A program made the translations under genes and the position numbers. Positions 1-9,413 of a stretch of DNA of 29,484 nt are shown here, piece by piece (positions within the stretch are counted from its first letter, which is position 1; every line of letters begins with the position of its first letter). The stretch comes from a virus. Its lineage: Duplodnaviria > Caudoviricetes. Below the pieces are notes generated by a model. That model saw only the letters and a program-made list of their open reading frames with translations. It searched no databases and was not told the origin of the DNA. The DNA lies in IMG/VR virus record IMGVR_UViG_3300012953_000149, positions 1-29,484 of that record; one strand, written 5' to 3'.

Positions 1-420
1 ATCATTTAAAAATAACTGATATTTAATACTAAACATTCCACCTGATATGGTGCTAGTATCAAATTTAAATACCTTTTCTACACCAACTACAGCATCTGGA
101 ACTTGTAAAAAATTAGAATTCTCATACCAATTAGTGGTAGTAGTTCCATAACCACTTACACTTGTAGATGTTGCAGATGTAGTTACAATACCAACACCAC
201 TAGTTGGTTCTGCTCTACCACGATCAATATCATCCGATGTTATTTCATGTTTTAAATACATCCTCTCAATACCATTATAACAACGCTCTTGAAAAAGTTG
301 AAGAGCATCATCATAAGCATCATCTATTTGCTCATCAGATACATTAATCTCCAATACTGGAGCACCTAATTTTCTAAGACAAAAATCTTTTAGTTCCTGT
401 TTAGTGGTTGGTTTTGACAT
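1..420 (-). CDS. gp13: T4-like neck protein gp13 (5' part, runs off the window)
   Basis: Not in the ORF track. Hand translation from ATG at 420 gives MSKPTTKQELKDFCLRKLGAPVLEINVSDEQIDDAYDDALQLFQERCYNGIERMYLKH...MFSIKYQLFLND, open to base 1. LRKLGAPVLEINV..EQI.D is the gp13 N-terminal signature. The start overlaps the upstream stop (TAATG). Confidence 0.93.
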   Translation of the reverse strand, partial: MSKPTTKQELKDFCLRKLGAPVLEINVSDEQIDDAYDDALQLFQERCYNGIERMYLKHEITSDDIDRGRAEPTSGVGIVTTSATSTSVSGYGTTTTNWYENSNFLQVPDAVVGVEKVFKFDTSTISGGMFSIKYQLFLND

Positions 421-1619
421 TAATACGATCCTCCATCAATCAATCCTGCTGATAGTTCAGTGCCATCGAAAGTTAAATTAGCACTGTCTTGAAGTTCTCC
501 ACTTGCTCCAGCATAAACAACTCTACCTGATGTTAAATCAGAAATCTTAGCAGTTGATGCAACAAAACCTGTTCCACCAGATACATTTAATCCAAGATTA
601 GCATCTAAGAGAGCAGCAAATGTTGATACACCTGATACATTTAGATTATCTAACTCAGTATGTCCAACTACATTAAGTCCAACACCACCAGATATGTCTG
701 CACCAGCGTTACCATCAATAGCACCAGCAAATGTTGATACACCAGCAACAACATCAATACCACCACCAAAAGTAGATAGTCCCACATGTCCAGATGGACC
801 GACAAAGGTAGAAATACCAGTTATCTCAAGGTTAGTGAAAGTATTAGGTGCATTAGTAACTGCAGACTCTATAGTTGCCGTTGTTGTAGCATCTAAGGAT
901 GCAATATTTTGCAATTGCCTTGCAGCACTTACAATTTGACTTGCACCAATATAATATGCATTTGCTGTTAAAGCAGCACTTACATTAACTCTATCTAATT
1001 CAGTATGACCGACAACATTTAAAGTATTATTACCACCAGGAATAAAACCAGTAAGATTTAATCCAGCAGTACCAGTTATATTACCAATAAAGGTAGAAAC
1101 TCCAGATTCAACCTTAAGTCCATTTCCAAAAGTAGCAACTCCAACAAATCCAGTTTGTCCTTGGAATGTAGAAACACCAGTTATATTAAGATTAGTAAAA
1201 GTATTAGGTGCATTAGAAATAGCAGTTTCAATAGTTGCTGTTGTTGTCTCATCAAGAGATGCTATATTTTGCAACTGTCTTGCAGCAGTTATAACAGTGG
1301 TAGAACCCATTGCAACTGCTGTATTTGCACTTAAAGTACCTGATGTAGTTACTCCAGTAAATATTGCGGCATTACTTTCAAATTTATTAATGGTCGTAAT
1401 ACCAGATATATTAAGACCTGCGGCAATATCATTACCTAATAAATATCCACCATCACCAGCAGTTCCACCAGTGGGACTCCATATTAAAATTAAACCATTT
1501 GTTGCTTCTCTTGCAGAATCAACGTCCGTTAAGTTATTAAGACGTGTCGGTGGTGCCGACGCATTAGCTAATACCCTAATTACGTTTTGTGAACCAATTC
1601 TGTCGTTTATAGTTGGCAT
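420..1619 (-). CDS. Fibre-like virion structural protein with internal duplication
   Basis: 399 aa, Gly/Thr/Ser-rich, with an L.DVD...NG.IL.W fibre-type motif, G[VI]STF repeats and a C-terminal IDGGSY typical of cyanophage fibre proteins. Lies directly upstream of gp13. Confidence 0.7.
   Translation of the reverse strand: MPTINDRIGSQNVIRVLANASAPPTRLNNLTDVDSAREATNGLILIWSPTGGTAGDGGYLLGNDIAAGLNISGITTINKFESNAAIFTGVTTSGTLSANTAVAMGSTTVITAARQLQNIASLDETTTATIETAISNAPNTFTNLNITGVSTFQGQTGFVGVATFGNGLKVESGVSTFIGNITGTAGLNLTGFIPGGNNTLNVVGHTELDRVNVSAALTANAYYIGASQIVSAARQLQNIASLDATTTATIESAVTNAPNTFTNLEITGISTFVGPSGHVGLSTFGGGIDVVAGVSTFAGAIDGNAGADISGGVGLNVVGHTELDNLNVSGVSTFAALLDANLGLNVSGGTGFVASTAKISDLTSGRVVYAGASGELQDSANLTFDGTELSAGLIDGGSY
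633..1334 (-). repeat. Two-copy ~120-aa (360-nt) tandem duplication within the fibre-like gene
   Basis: AARQLQNIASLD.TTTATIE.A..NAPNTFTNL.ITG.STF occurs at aa 112 and 232, and LNVVGHTELD occurs twice. Nucleotide cores at ~831-930 and ~1191-1290 are offset by 360. Confidence 0.92.
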
Positions 1620-1957
1620 TACCTTGTTACTCCACCTCTAACTAGTGCTGATCCTTCCACAGCTTTATATGACCCACCTTGGGGTGTTGTTATTTTCACG
1701 TCATATACATATCTTCCAGGTTTTATATCTACCGTCGTTGCTGCAAGCATCGTAATAGATATAATACCATTTTCAGGTTGAGAAACGGTGGAAGCAAAAG
1801 AAACAGCAGAAGTGCTAGAAGAGTGCTTTCTCAGCATTGCTGAGGTACCTGCTCCTACCAAGTCTAAGAAATTATTAGTTCTAGTATCCTCTAATTGAAA
1901 GGACGTATCGAAGTCAAATCCTTGCTCAATCACTATGTTGGATACATATACTGCCAT
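1619..1957 (-). CDS. Small conserved virion protein, probable Ig-like/BppU-like fibre-attachment protein
   Basis: 112 aa with N..IEQG.DF, LRKH, T..IKPGRYVYDV and VEG.ALVR.GVTR, a pattern recalled from T4-like cyanophage structural modules. Preceded by a late promoter. Confidence 0.7.
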   Translation of the reverse strand: MAVYVSNIVIEQGFDFDTSFQLEDTRTNNFLDLVGAGTSAMLRKHSSSTSAVSFASTVSQPENGIISITMLAATTVDIKPGRYVYDVKITTPQGGSYKAVEGSALVRGGVTR

Positions 1958-1982
1958 TATTAGTAATCAATATACTTTTAGA

Positions 1983-1990
1983 TATTTATA
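1983..1990 (-). promoter_or_regulatory. T4-type late promoter (gp55-dependent)
   Basis: Exact TATAAATA on the minus strand, intergenic, 25 nt upstream of the ATG at 1957. Confidence 0.85.
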
Positions 1991-2001
1991 TCAGTACCAT
2001 T

Positions 2002-2202
2002 TCATCGTTTATTTAGTACTTCTTTCAACATCAATTTGATCTCATCGATGTCAGAACGTAACCTATCAAGTTCCTCTTTATCCAACTTTTTCTTATTTTT
2101 TATTTTAAGATATTGAGCATATCCTTGCCGATCATGGTTTATGATTGCACCAGATTGCTCATCTCTATAAAAATTTTTATGACCTTCAACTGGTATCATC
2201 AT
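2002..2202 (-). CDS. Small conserved coiled-coil protein downstream of the VrlC-like gene
   Basis: 66 aa with N-terminal YRDE.SGAIIN and a heptad-patterned C-terminus (ELDRLRSDIDEIKLMLKEVL). ATGA overlap with the upstream stop. Confidence 0.8.
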   Translation of the reverse strand: MMIPVEGHKNFYRDEQSGAIINHDRQGYAQYLKIKNKKKLDKEELDRLRSDIDEIKLMLKEVLNKR

Positions 2203-5200
2203 GCGAGAGCAATAACTCTTAGGTCTTGGAATCTAGGTGGATCTGCTTCATTAGTTCCACTCATAACTATCTTAATTTGGAATCCAGTAAATTCATCCTC
2301 ATTATTAGCAGTAAATTCATAATCTAAAAATTCATTTTTTCTACTAGGACGAACAAATACATCTGGTTTTCCATCATTTTTAGCAGGATCAATAACTTGA
2401 AGTTCGATGTCAACATCTCTCAAATTATCATATCCAGGGAATAACTTATAAGATTCCTCAACACCAGTTGAATCTGGTTTAATTAATCTATATAAAACTC
2501 TGAAGTCAGATGTTGCACTTCTATAAGCACCAATCAATACTTTTAAACCAGTTGATGGATTTGCAAGATTAACTACTTGTGAAATATAACATGCTGCATG
2601 TGGATCACCTGTAATTTGATTGGATCTACCATCAGTAGAATAATTAGAAACTGGATTATTTAATCTATTCCTTAAGAACCAGAAAGTTCCATTCATATAA
2701 TCTACAACTGGAGATAGATTGCTATCTCTAGAACTCAATGATGCTATCAAAGTAACTGACTTATTTTTAGGTAAACTACCTAACCTAAGTTGCTCATCAA
2801 CTTCAGAACAAAGAAGACGAGGTGATTTTAATGGATTTATTTCATTAAATTCTACATCAACATATCCCTGATCAATAAATGATGCTTCAGATCCACCTGC
2901 ACTGGTTCCAGATACTGATCTTAATTGTGCACTAATAGTAGTGCCTCCACCAGGAGTCAATATATTAAATGAAGGCATAAATGAATCATATTGGAAATTC
3001 TTAGAGGCTAAACTATGTCCCCATCCACCGCCAATTCCTTCATCATTAAAGTTAACTTGATCTTTACCAACTCCTCTATTTGGAAGATTTGTTCTTCCAG
3101 TTCTTTTTGCCTCTAGAACATAAGAGTCCATAGTTCTATACTTACTTAATCCATCACTATTAGGCATATCATGGAAAGTATTGATTCCAACCAAAGAAAC
3201 CCCATTAAGTTCATATTTAAAGACCTGATCACCTATTGAATGAGTTGAGGCAGATGAATTACCAAATCCTCTAGTACCCAAACTTAATGTACCATCAGAT
3301 CCAATACCATCATAGTAAATAATTTCACTACCAACCTTCACATAACCTGTAGCAGTTGATATTCCTTCTGCTGTTGCAAATGTTGTTGTATTACCAGAAC
3401 CCACAGTAAGTGTGGTTGAAGTAGCAGTTAAATCTGCAGTTAAACTAACTGGAATACTATTAGGTTCGATACTGTTGATATCAACTCTGTTTCCATCAGA
3501 TTGCATTCCATGATTAAATTGTTGAACTTTAAAGATGTTACCACTATAAAGTTCATCAGTGAGTGTAGAAGATGTTATTATTGTTGTTCCTGCACCAAGT
3601 GATGTTGAACCATCAGGTGCATAAACTATTAGTCGCTGACTAAGACCAAATGATTCTCCCTGAACGTCAGTTAAATATAAAGTATCTATTTGGTTATTAT
3701 TAGTAACAGTGAATCTAGCACCTGTACCTGTTTTAAAGGTACTTAAAGATGAAGTTGTAATTCCAAGCAAATCTCCAGGTCTATATCCCTTACTAGCAAC
3801 TGTTCCTTCAGCAGATATTGCAGTAATCTCACCAGAAGCATTTGTTGTAACAACACCAATAGCACCTGAACCACTACCAGTTATTGAGAAAAATGTCACA
3901 CCAGTAAGATCAGATCCAGATTTACTTGCTGGATATCCACTTCCTCCACTTGTTAATGTAACTAAACCAACACTACCACCGATAGATTCAATATAACCAT
4001 TTGCAGATGCAGGTATGCTAGGTGGAGTAGTTCCAGACCAAGCACTAACTCTCTTACCTGGAGTTAAAGTGGCAAACATTGAAGCACTATTTACTCCTGT
4101 GATTCCAACAGTTAATTTTCTTGGAAAAGTTGTTATAGGATTACTTTGCTTCAATTCCATTGTTTGAACCATTTCAGATCCTAATCTTCCATTATAGAAA
4201 GTAAGATCTCCAACGGTATCTGTAATGAAAGAACACTTATACAAAGTAAATTTAAGATCTTCAAATTGACTTGGAGACCATATGGTTCCATTTTGGGACT
4301 TAAATAAACTTCCACCAAGATATTGTTTAGTAATTATTGCTTGACTTCCTTCACCTAAAGCAAGAGTTTCTATGGTTGGTTCACCCATCCTAGCAATCCA
4401 CATTTTATATGCAGTGGTTCCCTGTGCCTCAAGAACAATTGCATACTCCTTACCTGTCTCCAAATATATTGGAGAATCAAATTTAACATTAGTAGCTACA
4501 GATGCATCTGTTGAAACATCAATATCTGCTGGATCCAAAGTTTTTATTGCATAATCCGCAAGGACTTGATTTGTTGGTGTTCCTAATTCAACATCAACTA
4601 CCATAACAGTAATCGCTGTTAGTGGTGCTTCAGTTGGTTTTTCTGCAAAATATAAATCTACAGATGATAAGAACGCTCCTGATTCATCAACAGTAAATGA
4701 TTGTGCTAATGGATCTGTATATACTGGTTCTGGTCTTGGACGTTCCCTAATAGTGGTTATAGTCGTTGTATAAGTGTCTACAATACCAGCAGTAGTATAT
4801 GATGCTTGACCACGAGTTATTCCTGCAGAAGTATCTTCATCTCCAGGTAAAGGATTAGCATTTGTATCAGAAGAAGTTAATCTAAAGGTTTTAATACCAT
4901 TCTCAAATCTTAATGGAGGTGCTGGAATGTCTAGCGGATTTCTAATAAAGAATGATCCTAATACATTTCCAAGACTGTCGGCAATCAATCGAACTGTGTC
5001 AATTGTAGCTTCAGCATTAGATGTTTGACCTACTAATTTTAAACCCGAAGCAACTCTTCCATAAAAATCTCCTTCAGCATCTTTAGCTAATGAATTAGTA
5101 TCAACATTCAAAAGAGTAGAAGATTCTGTATATGATGCTGATATAGTAGTTGGATTATCTTTAGTGTAAGGATTTAATGTATAAAACTTTTCTGGTGCAT

Positions 5201-8200
5201 TATATCCACCTGTTCTATGATTTGATTGTGCGACTCTGAATGATATTAAACGAGTACCATCAGCTTCTTCACCATGAACAGTTTCTCCAACTTGAAATGA
5301 TCCAGAAGTCATTGTTATTTCAAGTAATTTTGGAATTATATCAATTCCTTTCCTTCCATCAAAGAATGCAGTATACTCTGTATAAGGTTTTAATCCGAAC
5401 GTATTAAATGCAACATTTCGGGATCTAACATGCGTATCTGCTCTACTACCAGTTTTTATAGTGTTTGTAACTACTCCTGCTTCATCACCAAGTGTAGTTA
5501 CATGTACATCTGGTGCATCTTCATCTCTAGTCCATTGATCTGAAGATGGATTTAATCTAATTGTACCTCTAAAAATTACAACTTCAAATGGATTAACGTT
5601 TTCAATCCTACTTGCTTGAGTATTTTCAATCCAACTAACTTCATCATATTTTAATGTAAGTAGATCACCAGTTTTTACAATATTTGGATCTAATAATGCT
5701 GGATTGGTACCCTCAACATCAGTAGTGCTATAATTTAATGCTACATCTAAACCTAATTCTGGTGAACTAGTAGCCTTATTCAAAGGAACAATCAATTCAT
5801 TATTTGTAGTATTAATCGAAACTCTATTATCTAAATTATTACGATCCATTCTAAGAGTATCTTTGAAATCATCTACAAAGAATCCAGATTTAAATCTATC
5901 ACCAGTACCATCTCTAACCTGTAAACTCTTAGTATCAAGTTCAAGCATAGTTAAACTCGTAACAATCTCTAGAGTAGTTACTCTCCTATCAATTTTTCCA
6001 ATATCTCTCATCGTATATCTCTTATTATCGATAAGAGATACTTTCGCATCTTCTGGATGATACAAGTATGCAGGAAGATCAATTGTTGCAATATGCATTG
6101 CATCATCAATTAATAATGGTTCCTTAGGTGTTGTAGAAGATACACCTTTTATTAATGAAAATTCTCCATCATTTTCTGGTCCAGGAGTAAGAATCAATTT
6201 ATCAATCCTTGGTAAATAGAAACTATATCCTAAATTAGAATCACCTTCAGGTGATACAACTAACGTAGGTGATGCACCAGATCCGCTAAAACTTCTACTT
6301 GTCCAAGCAAATGGTGATTTATCTACAGCACTAAATGCCGCTACTCTAGGTCTAAAATCAAGAGTATCTGTTGCCCTTATTCCATCACCTAAAACTGGAA
6401 TATCATTGGTATATCTTGCTTTGTCATAAGAATTTACAGTAAATACATCTCCAGTATCATTAGAAGGAACAGTATAATGATTATAGATTACTAATAATTC
6501 CTTAGATGGTGCAGGAAGACTTCTCTTTCTAACTATTCTAGAATAATCATAGAATTGTTCTCTTTGACCTTTATCTAATTCATACCTCTCTGTTATATCT
6601 TGATAATTACCTAATGTTTTACCCTGTAAAGTAGTAACAATATTTGACTCATCAAAAGTAATAATTTCACCAATAATAAATTTATTAGTATTAAGATAGA
6701 CAACAGAAATGGTAGTTGCTGAATCTCTAGATACAATTTGAGCAACTGCACTACTTTCACTACCTGTAACCCTTTCTCCAACTATTGAATTTACATCCAA
6801 TCCTAATCCACTAATAAATGACATTTTATCTAAAGTTGGACTAGAAGTATCTTTAGACTCATATACAGCAACAACATTTGCTACATCACAAACATTTAAA
6901 GAAATTTCTTTATCCTGTACTCTTAATCCATAAAAATTACTTGTTGTCAATCCACTTACAGAAGTATCAGCAAAATTAGTGGTCTTATCTATACTAATTT
7001 GTGCACTTCTATTATATTCTTTATTTTTTTCTATTATTACTTGTTTTTCTATAGTAACATTAACAGTAGCTGCTTTGTTGTCTAATCCTGTAAAATTAAC
7101 CCTAGTTCCACCAACTGCTAAATCAAATTGATCAGCAGTTAAATCTGCCATTGTACCATCATTATAACTAATGGAATATTTTTGAGTATCAAAACTACTA
7201 AAGAATGAACTTGTTATCCCCGTTAAATCAGATACGTTTATTGCTAAGGCACCACTTGATGGAGTCTTATTTGCTATTTGTTGAGAAACTAGTAAAGTAG
7301 AAGATGCTAAATTTACATCAGAAACATTGGAATCTGGTAATGGAGTATAAAGTCCAGCATCATTACTTATTCCACCACTTACTATTTGAGGTACAACAAG
7401 AGTTATAGCAGAAGTTGAAGTAACTCCAACAAATCCAGTTGTAACTCCAGTTACTTCATTAAGACCAGAAACAGTTAGAGTCTTTAAATCTGCGGAAATT
7501 GAAGCAACTCTATTAAGGGTTGCTAATGTTTCACCAGGAAGTCTATACTTAACTACTGCACCTACTTTAACTTCACCAAAAGTATTTCCTGGTGAAGTTA
7601 TAGTACCAGCATTACCAGTAGAATCACCAGTTATATAAAAAGTAGAACTTGGATCAATTCCAGGAACATCAGTTTCTCTTAATACAGTATCAGCAGCAAA
7701 GTCTGCAGCAATACCTGTAAACTCCGAAGAATTTTGATATACAGATTTTATATCATTTGTACCATATTGATTTACACTCGAAATTGATCTTACATGCCTA
7801 TTAGACTCATTGATTAAAATTTGCTCACCAGCAATAAATGTTCCTGATGTCTGAGATAATAAAATCTCTGATTGCATATTATTCACTGTAGTTGGATTAC
7901 TACAAACATATCCAGTAGCATCACTACTTACACCCCTAATATATGAACTATAAGGACATTGTGATGAATCTACAGTTGCATTAAGTGTTAATTTGGTATA
8001 TGTTTGAATATCATAAAGATATAAATCCCATTCACTACCACCATTTACATAAGGAGTATTTCTTAATCCAAATGAATATACCCTTGCTGTACCAATTCCA
8101 GCTCCAGATGCTGATGTTGGGTTTGCTACATGATTTTTTCTCTCATCTTGTAATGTGACAATATTAGTGTCATTATTAATTCCAACAAATGGAGTTCCAC

Positions 8201-9410
8201 TTACATTATTAACTCTGATTAAAGACCCCATTTCAAAGGGAACTTTAGCAACATTTATAGTTTCAGTATCTCTTGGTTTATCAAAATCTACAATAGTAGT
8301 TCCTGGTCTAACAACACGAAATCCTTTAACGTATGCAGTTCCAGGATCAACCTCAACGCATCCTAAATTATCGGTTGGTGTATTTCCTTGTTCTGTAGTT
8401 TGACCCTTTGTAAAGATGCCTCCATTACCAATCTGATCATCTAATGAATTTGAAATATGAACATTAAAATTACCTAAAGAATAATTACCAGATTCTTCAT
8501 AAGTTCTTGCTGCAAAATACTTAGCAATTTCATTATAAACGGAAAAATCTTGTAGTTTTTTAAGTTCACCTTCTCTTAATTTAATAATCTCAACAAAACT
8601 AGTATCATTAAAATCTGTAAGAGATTTTTTTGCTAACGTAGTAGTAATTTTTAACCTATCTGCACCTGGAGCAGCGTAATTAGAAAATCCTCTAGCATTA
8701 TCATATAATTGAGGATCATCTTTTGCTGTAATAATAGATTCTAAAATATTTAAACCAACTCTATAACTTGGTATATTATCATATGGATCTAATATTAAAG
8801 TATCTTCAGAAACATCTACAAAAGTTCCTCTAATAAAATAAACACCTGCTCCAATATGCACTGCACTACCAACTGCTGTAGCATCAGATTCTATTAAATT
8901 AGCTAAACTATCTCCAGTGGATATAGTTGTATTACCATAAACAATATCTTCTTCCGCAATTAATGGTTCACCACTACTTAAACCTACATCTAAGTTATTA
9001 TTATCTGCACTCAAATATTTAACAAAAATAGTTAAATGTGTAATATCATCCGAATCTGGTAACCTAAAGTCATTAACTTGAAGTTCTACACCAGAATTTT
9101 GACCTTTTAATTTTTTACCCTTTAAGTTTTCGACATATAAAGAAACTGGAAGTCCAAGATGTTCTGATTCTAATTTAACAGCATAATACTTATCATCATA
9201 TGTTACTTGACCTGGGATCACCATAGATCCCTCTTTAAACACATGACTACCAAAAGAATCAATTTGATTCTGTAGTATTGATTGAAGTGTTGTTAACTCC
9301 CTTGCTTGGACAGGTCTTCCTGGTCTAAATAAAACCTTATAAAAATTATCTGCCGTATCAAAATCATCATAATAAGGACTTATATCTAAGTTAGTTTTCT
9401 GTAATGACAT
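2199..9410 (-). CDS. Large baseplate/tail-associated structural protein, VrlC-like (DUF4815)
   Basis: 2403 aa with N-terminal PYYDDFD...FRPGRPVQARELTTLQSILQNQI, NYAAPGADRLKI, RTYEESGNY, DRFKSGFFVDDF, DPLAQSF, GSLFKSQNG and C-terminal FQIKIVM...DLRVIALA. It follows gp8, as in T4-like cyanophages. Confidence 0.85.
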   Translation of the reverse strand: MSLQKTNLDISPYYDDFDTADNFYKVLFRPGRPVQARELTTLQSILQNQIDSFGSHVFKEGSMVIPGQVTYDDKYYAVKLESEHLGLPVSLYVENLKGKKLKGQNSGVELQVNDFRLPDSDDITHLTIFVKYLSADNNNLDVGLSSGEPLIAEEDIVYGNTTISTGDSLANLIESDATAVGSAVHIGAGVYFIRGTFVDVSEDTLILDPYDNIPSYRVGLNILESIITAKDDPQLYDNARGFSNYAAPGADRLKITTTLAKKSLTDFNDTSFVEIIKLREGELKKLQDFSVYNEIAKYFAARTYEESGNYSLGNFNVHISNSLDDQIGNGGIFTKGQTTEQGNTPTDNLGCVEVDPGTAYVKGFRVVRPGTTIVDFDKPRDTETINVAKVPFEMGSLIRVNNVSGTPFVGINNDTNIVTLQDERKNHVANPTSASGAGIGTARVYSFGLRNTPYVNGGSEWDLYLYDIQTYTKLTLNATVDSSQCPYSSYIRGVSSDATGYVCSNPTTVNNMQSEILLSQTSGTFIAGEQILINESNRHVRSISSVNQYGTNDIKSVYQNSSEFTGIAADFAADTVLRETDVPGIDPSSTFYITGDSTGNAGTITSPGNTFGEVKVGAVVKYRLPGETLATLNRVASISADLKTLTVSGLNEVTGVTTGFVGVTSTSAITLVVPQIVSGGISNDAGLYTPLPDSNVSDVNLASSTLLVSQQIANKTPSSGALAINVSDLTGITSSFFSSFDTQKYSISYNDGTMADLTADQFDLAVGGTRVNFTGLDNKAATVNVTIEKQVIIEKNKEYNRSAQISIDKTTNFADTSVSGLTTSNFYGLRVQDKEISLNVCDVANVVAVYESKDTSSPTLDKMSFISGLGLDVNSIVGERVTGSESSAVAQIVSRDSATTISVVYLNTNKFIIGEIITFDESNIVTTLQGKTLGNYQDITERYELDKGQREQFYDYSRIVRKRSLPAPSKELLVIYNHYTVPSNDTGDVFTVNSYDKARYTNDIPVLGDGIRATDTLDFRPRVAAFSAVDKSPFAWTSRSFSGSGASPTLVVSPEGDSNLGYSFYLPRIDKLILTPGPENDGEFSLIKGVSSTTPKEPLLIDDAMHIATIDLPAYLYHPEDAKVSLIDNKRYTMRDIGKIDRRVTTLEIVTSLTMLELDTKSLQVRDGTGDRFKSGFFVDDFKDTLRMDRNNLDNRVSINTTNNELIVPLNKATSSPELGLDVALNYSTTDVEGTNPALLDPNIVKTGDLLTLKYDEVSWIENTQASRIENVNPFEVVIFRGTIRLNPSSDQWTRDEDAPDVHVTTLGDEAGVVTNTIKTGSRADTHVRSRNVAFNTFGLKPYTEYTAFFDGRKGIDIIPKLLEITMTSGSFQVGETVHGEEADGTRLISFRVAQSNHRTGGYNAPEKFYTLNPYTKDNPTTISASYTESSTLLNVDTNSLAKDAEGDFYGRVASGLKLVGQTSNAEATIDTVRLIADSLGNVLGSFFIRNPLDIPAPPLRFENGIKTFRLTSSDTNANPLPGDEDTSAGITRGQASYTTAGIVDTYTTTITTIRERPRPEPVYTDPLAQSFTVDESGAFLSSVDLYFAEKPTEAPLTAITVMVVDVELGTPTNQVLADYAIKTLDPADIDVSTDASVATNVKFDSPIYLETGKEYAIVLEAQGTTAYKMWIARMGEPTIETLALGEGSQAIITKQYLGGSLFKSQNGTIWSPSQFEDLKFTLYKCSFITDTVGDLTFYNGRLGSEMVQTMELKQSNPITTFPRKLTVGITGVNSASMFATLTPGKRVSAWSGTTPPSIPASANGYIESIGGSVGLVTLTSGGSGYPASKSGSDLTGVTFFSITGSGSGAIGVVTTNASGEITAISAEGTVASKGYRPGDLLGITTSSLSTFKTGTGARFTVTNNNQIDTLYLTDVQGESFGLSQRLIVYAPDGSTSLGAGTTIITSSTLTDELYSGNIFKVQQFNHGMQSDGNRVDINSIEPNSIPVSLTADLTATSTTLTVGSGNTTTFATAEGISTATGYVKVGSEIIYYDGIGSDGTLSLGTRGFGNSSASTHSIGDQVFKYELNGVSLVGINTFHDMPNSDGLSKYRTMDSYVLEAKRTGRTNLPNRGVGKDQVNFNDEGIGGGWGHSLASKNFQYDSFMPSFNILTPGGGTTISAQLRSVSGTSAGGSEASFIDQGYVDVEFNEINPLKSPRLLCSEVDEQLRLGSLPKNKSVTLIASLSSRDSNLSPVVDYMNGTFWFLRNRLNNPVSNYSTDGRSNQITGDPHAACYISQVVNLANPSTGLKVLIGAYRSATSDFRVLYRLIKPDSTGVEESYKLFPGYDNLRDVDIELQVIDPAKNDGKPDVFVRPSRKNEFLDYEFTANNEDEFTGFQIKIVMSGTNEADPPRFQDLRVIALA

Positions 9411-9413
9411 GTT

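Noticed and set aside
831-1290. Diversity-generating retroelement template/variable repeat pair
   Set aside because: Differences between the copies are mostly synonymous and not adenine-specific, both copies are in frame in one gene, and the window has no reverse transcriptase.
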